34,072 nt of DNA, taken from contig JBAWVU010000002.1 of NCBI GenBank assembly GCA_037147135.1, positions 1 to 34,072 on the forward strand, given 5' to 3'. The first letter of the stretch is position 1; every line of letters begins with the position of its first letter. Source of the DNA: Chloroflexota bacterium. Its GTDB lineage: Bacteria > Chloroflexota > Limnocylindria > Limnocylindrales > CSP1-4. Under the pieces are notes generated by a model. That model was not told where the DNA came from and made no database searches. It was given only the letters and a program-made list of their open reading frames with translations. This document shows, piece after piece, positions 31,339-34,072 of the stretch. A program made the translations under genes and the position numbers.

Positions 31339-32136
31339 TCAGGCCGGAAAGAAGTGCTCCAGTGCCTTGGCCACGCCGTCTTCGTCGTTGCTTGCCGTGT
31401 GATGGGTCGCCGCGTCCCGGATGGCCGCGACGCCGTTCGCCATGGCCACGCGGTAGCCTGCCACGGCGAACAGCGGCAGGTCAGAGTCGTAGTCTCCGAT
31501 GGCCATCGTCTCGTCCGGGCGTACCCCGGCGTGGGCCTGGAGCCACGCCAGCGCCTGGCCTTTGCCTGCCCCCGGTGCCAGCACATCCAGCCAATCGGGC
31601 GAAGCCAGGCTGACGCGTGCCCGATCGCCGAATGCCGCGCTCGCCTCGCGTGCGGCCCGCTCCAGCACCGGGCGCGGCGCTGCGAGGCTGACCCGCATGA
31701 TCGGCACGGGCACGTCCTCCACGTGGGCGAAGAGCCGGGTCCGCAGGTCATAGCGCTGCTCGATCATGGCCACGCGATCACCGTCACGGTCCACCCAGTA
31801 GTCGGAGTCGTCGTTGAGGAACACCGGCTCGTCGAAGCGCTGCAGGAATGCGACGGCTTCGCCTGCGAGCGCCGGCAGCAGAGTCTCGGCCCAGATGATC
31901 GACTGCGGGGCTACCTCGTACACCATCGCTCCACCGCTGGCGATGTAGTACAGCCCATCCATCGCGAGCGGTAGCCTGCCCGCGATGCTGGCCCGGTCGC
32001 GCGCCGTTGCGAGCGCGACGATCACCCGGGCATCGAGCAGCCGCTCCAGCGCGGCGAGGTTGCGCGCGGAGACTCGCTGCCTGCTGTCCAGCAGCGTCCC
32101 ATCCAGGTCGATCGTCACCAGGCGGATCGCCGTCAT
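31339..32136 (-). CDS. Cof-type HAD-IIB family phosphatase
   Basis: 265 aa. VTIDLDGTLLD (DxDGT motif I), ATAR and the C-terminal IGDYDSDLPLF (motif IV) are present. Confidence 0.8.
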   Translation of the reverse strand: MTAIRLVTIDLDGTLLDSRQRVSARNLAALERLLDARVIVALATARDRASIAGRLPLAMDGLYYIASGGAMVYEVAPQSIIWAETLLPALAGEAVAFLQRFDEPVFLNDDSDYWVDRDGDRVAMIEQRYDLRTRLFAHVEDVPVPIMRVSLAAPRPVLERAAREASAAFGDRARVSLASPDWLDVLAPGAGKGQALAWLQAHAGVRPDETMAIGDYDSDLPLFAVAGYRVAMANGVAAIRDAATHHTASNDEDGVAKALEHFFPA

Positions 32137-32223
32137 GTGCAGCCGCCGACCACTTCCCGCATCGGCCGGGCACCGTCGGCCGCGCGGCAGGTCCGGAGGC
32201 TCACGCCTTCGACGTCCACGTGC

Positions 32224-32964
32224 CTACGACCAGGGCCGGAGAAGGCGCCGCAGGCCGTCACCCGCGATCCGGCGGCGCAGGTCCACGATGCTTCGCGCAG
32301 GGTCGACACCACCCGGGCAGACTTCGGAACACCCGAAGGCGGTGTGACAGCGCCAGCAACCGTGCTCGCTCCCGGCCAGCTGCCACAGTGCGTCGACATC
32401 CACGCCATCGCGTGGCTCCTCGATCATGCGAGCGATCGCCGCCAGGGCCGCCGGCCCCACGTACGCCCCATCCATCCCGGATACCGGACAGGCCGAGAAG
32501 CACAGGCCGCATTCGAGGCAGTCCTCGAAGCGCAGCGCGGGGACGGGTTGTGGGGCGGGCCTGCCGCTGGTCTCGTCGAGGATGGGCTCGGCGACGCGGA
32601 CCGGCGCGAACTGCGCCCGCTCCATGCGCTCGTAGAAGGGGGCCATGTCCACGAGGAGATCGCTGATCACCGGCAGGTTGCGGAGCGGTTCCAGCGTCAG
32701 CGTGCCCCCATCCTTCGTGAGCGACCGGATCGCGGTGCTGCAGGGCAGTCTCTCGCGTCGGTCGATGCGCATGCCGCAGGACCCACACGCCCCGTGGTGA
32801 CAGGCGTGGCGGAACACCAGGCTGCGGTCCTGCTCCGCCCAGATGCGCTCGATCGCGTCGATCACGTACTCGTCGGGGCTGCATTCGACGACGAACGTGT
32901 CGAAGCGCGGCGGCACGCCGCCCTGCTTGTACCGGAAGACCCGAAAGGTCACGTGCCAGGCCAT
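32224..32964 (-). CDS. Succinate dehydrogenase/fumarate reductase-type iron-sulfur subunit-like protein
   Basis: 246 aa. CHHGACGSCGMRIDRRERLPC (2Fe-2S), CLECGLCFSACP (4Fe-4S) and CHTAFGCSEVCP (3Fe-4S type) occur in the SdhB/FrdB order. Confidence 0.8.
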   Translation of the reverse strand: MAWHVTFRVFRYKQGGVPPRFDTFVVECSPDEYVIDAIERIWAEQDRSLVFRHACHHGACGSCGMRIDRRERLPCSTAIRSLTKDGGTLTLEPLRNLPVISDLLVDMAPFYERMERAQFAPVRVAEPILDETSGRPAPQPVPALRFEDCLECGLCFSACPVSGMDGAYVGPAALAAIARMIEEPRDGVDVDALWQLAGSEHGCWRCHTAFGCSEVCPGGVDPARSIVDLRRRIAGDGLRRLLRPWS

Positions 32965-33178
32965 TGCGCGCGGATCCTGCCACCTGCTGCGATGCTCGAA
33001 TCGATCAGGCGCTCCCCTCCTGGACCGAATGAGCTGTCGCCGGCTCTGCAGGCCCAGTTCGGATGAGCGCCTGGTCTGTCGTTTCCGCGCCTGTCAAGCG
33101 CGGTTCATGGGTGGCACCGGGCTGATCCATCGGGCGCAATCACCAAGATGAGATCAGCCCGGCGCCGGAATGCCAGGT

Positions 33179-34072
33179 TCAGCCGGCCAGCACCTCGGCG
33201 ATGTCCATGACCTTGATGCCTGCCGCCTTCGCGACGGGCCCCAGGTTGCGCTTCGAGCCAGGAGCGGCGGTGACCACGATGGGCGCGGCAAGCGCGAGCT
33301 CCTCGGCGCGACGGGCAGCCACCATGTCCGCCCAGTCCTGGTTGAAGTACGCGAGCAATGGACCGGTCGGGTTGGACTTCTCACCCGTGAAGTAGCACTC
33401 GACCAGCTCGAGCCCGGCGACCTTCTTCAGGACATTGCGCGGCGCTTCATACACGCCCAGGAAACGACCGAGGTACGCCGGATCGTGATAGGTCACCTTG
33501 CCCTTGAGCTTGCCGGTGACTCCCAGCTTCTCCAGGTACTCGGTGTGGTGAAGGACCTCGGCGTCGAGCTTCAGCCCCAGCGTGGGATACCACTCGCGCA
33601 GCGCGTAGACAACGGCCGGGCAGTTCGCCACGACGGTCTTCGCGCCACTCTCCTTGATGAAGCCGGCGAACTCCTTGGCCTTCTCCTCAGCCAGCGTCCA
33701 CAGGCCCAGGTCGTACAGCCCCCAGCCATCCGTGCCCTTAGCCAGGACGGCGAAATCGACACCCTGCGCCTTGAGGATCTTCTTCATCGCCTCGGCGATC
33801 TCGGGCGTCTTCGCACGGGTCGTGTCATCGACGATGTACAGCACATCGGCCTTGCCCACGGCGCCCTTCGCATCCTTCGTCCCGTACACGTTGCCGGACT
33901 TCAGGACGTTCGCCTCGATCTCCTTCACGAAGGCAGGAGCAGCACCGGCGTCCACCACATCGGCGCGCGCCGGACGATCCCAATCGCCCTCGTCGATATC
34001 GAAGATCTCGCTTGAGTTGTCGCGGTTCCAGGTCTGGTCGATCTTGGTGTTGAAGCTCCAGTACATCGCCTG
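33179..34072 (-). CDS. CCG (HdrB/GlpC-like) domain protein, C-terminal part, with most cysteine ligands substituted (N-terminus outside window)
   Basis: The frame is open to the window edge. VTYHDPAYLGRFLGVYEAPRNVL closely resembles the VTYHDPCYLGR block of actinobacterial (Fe-S)-binding CCG proteins. ANCPAVVYAL sits where CPHC is expected and NPTGPL where CCGAGG is expected. Only 2 Cys occur in about 295 aa. Confidence 0.55.
   Translation of the reverse strand, partial: QAMYWSFNTKIDQTWNRDNSSEIFDIDEGDWDRPARADVVDAGAAPAFVKEIEANVLKSGNVYGTKDAKGAVGKADVLYIVDDTTRAKTPEIAEAMKKILKAQGVDFAVLAKGTDGWGLYDLGLWTLAEEKAKEFAGFIKESGAKTVVANCPAVVYALREWYPTLGLKLDAEVLHHTEYLEKLGVTGKLKGKVTYHDPAYLGRFLGVYEAPRNVLKKVAGLELVECYFTGEKSNPTGPLLAYFNQDWADMVAARRAEELALAAPIVVTAAPGSKRNLGPVAKAAGIKVMDIAEVLAG

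Noticed and set aside
32995-33012. Possible fifth operator copy (CTCGAATCGATCAGG) upstream of the SdhB-like gene
   Set aside because: It shares only the AATCGAT core with the four strong copies. A 7-mer containing a ClaI site is too short to distinguish from chance.

Overview
High-GC window (spot counts about 70% on typical lines). GTG starts are frequent and there is a luciferase-like oxidoreductase that is probably F420-dependent, so the source is most likely an actinobacterium-like organism. I saw no rRNA, tRNA, CRISPR array, transposase or integrase. The window is a densely packed accessory catabolic locus of about 31 genes. (1) A 12-gene co-directional minus-strand array spans 16203 down to 2608. 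In order it encodes a UPF0261/Tm-1-like protein, a remnant of a PEP-hydrolase-like gene, an atypical PEP-utilising enzyme, a GntR regulator, an HPr-kinase-like P-loop protein, a three-subunit molybdenum hydroxylase, a cyclase-family hydrolase, a Zn-ADH, a PPDK-like protein whose TIM barrel is replaced by a different tail, and an SDR. (2) Plus-strand units encode transaldolase plus MmsA-like aldehyde dehydrogenase, an LLM oxidoreductase, and a cupin plus split transketolase. (3) A DMT exporter lies divergent from a five-gene Liv-type ABC importer. (4) A second minus-strand group encodes a GntR paralog, a GlpA-like flavoprotein, a Cof-type HAD phosphatase, an SdhB-like Fe-S protein and a cysteine-depleted CCG-domain protein. 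The main signals are as follows. An AT-rich motif (TCGATAATCGAT...) occurs four times, at the promoter regions of the transaldolase, cupin-transketolase, ABC importer/DMT and 12-gene array units. Two PEP-utilising proteins have complementary domain content and sit with an HprK-like P-loop protein, which may form a split phosphotransfer system. There are several rearrangement footprints: an in-frame-deleted gene remnant, an inverted ADH paralog pair, and 62-bp direct repeats bracketing the transporter block. All functional calls come from motif reading by eye, not from database searches.
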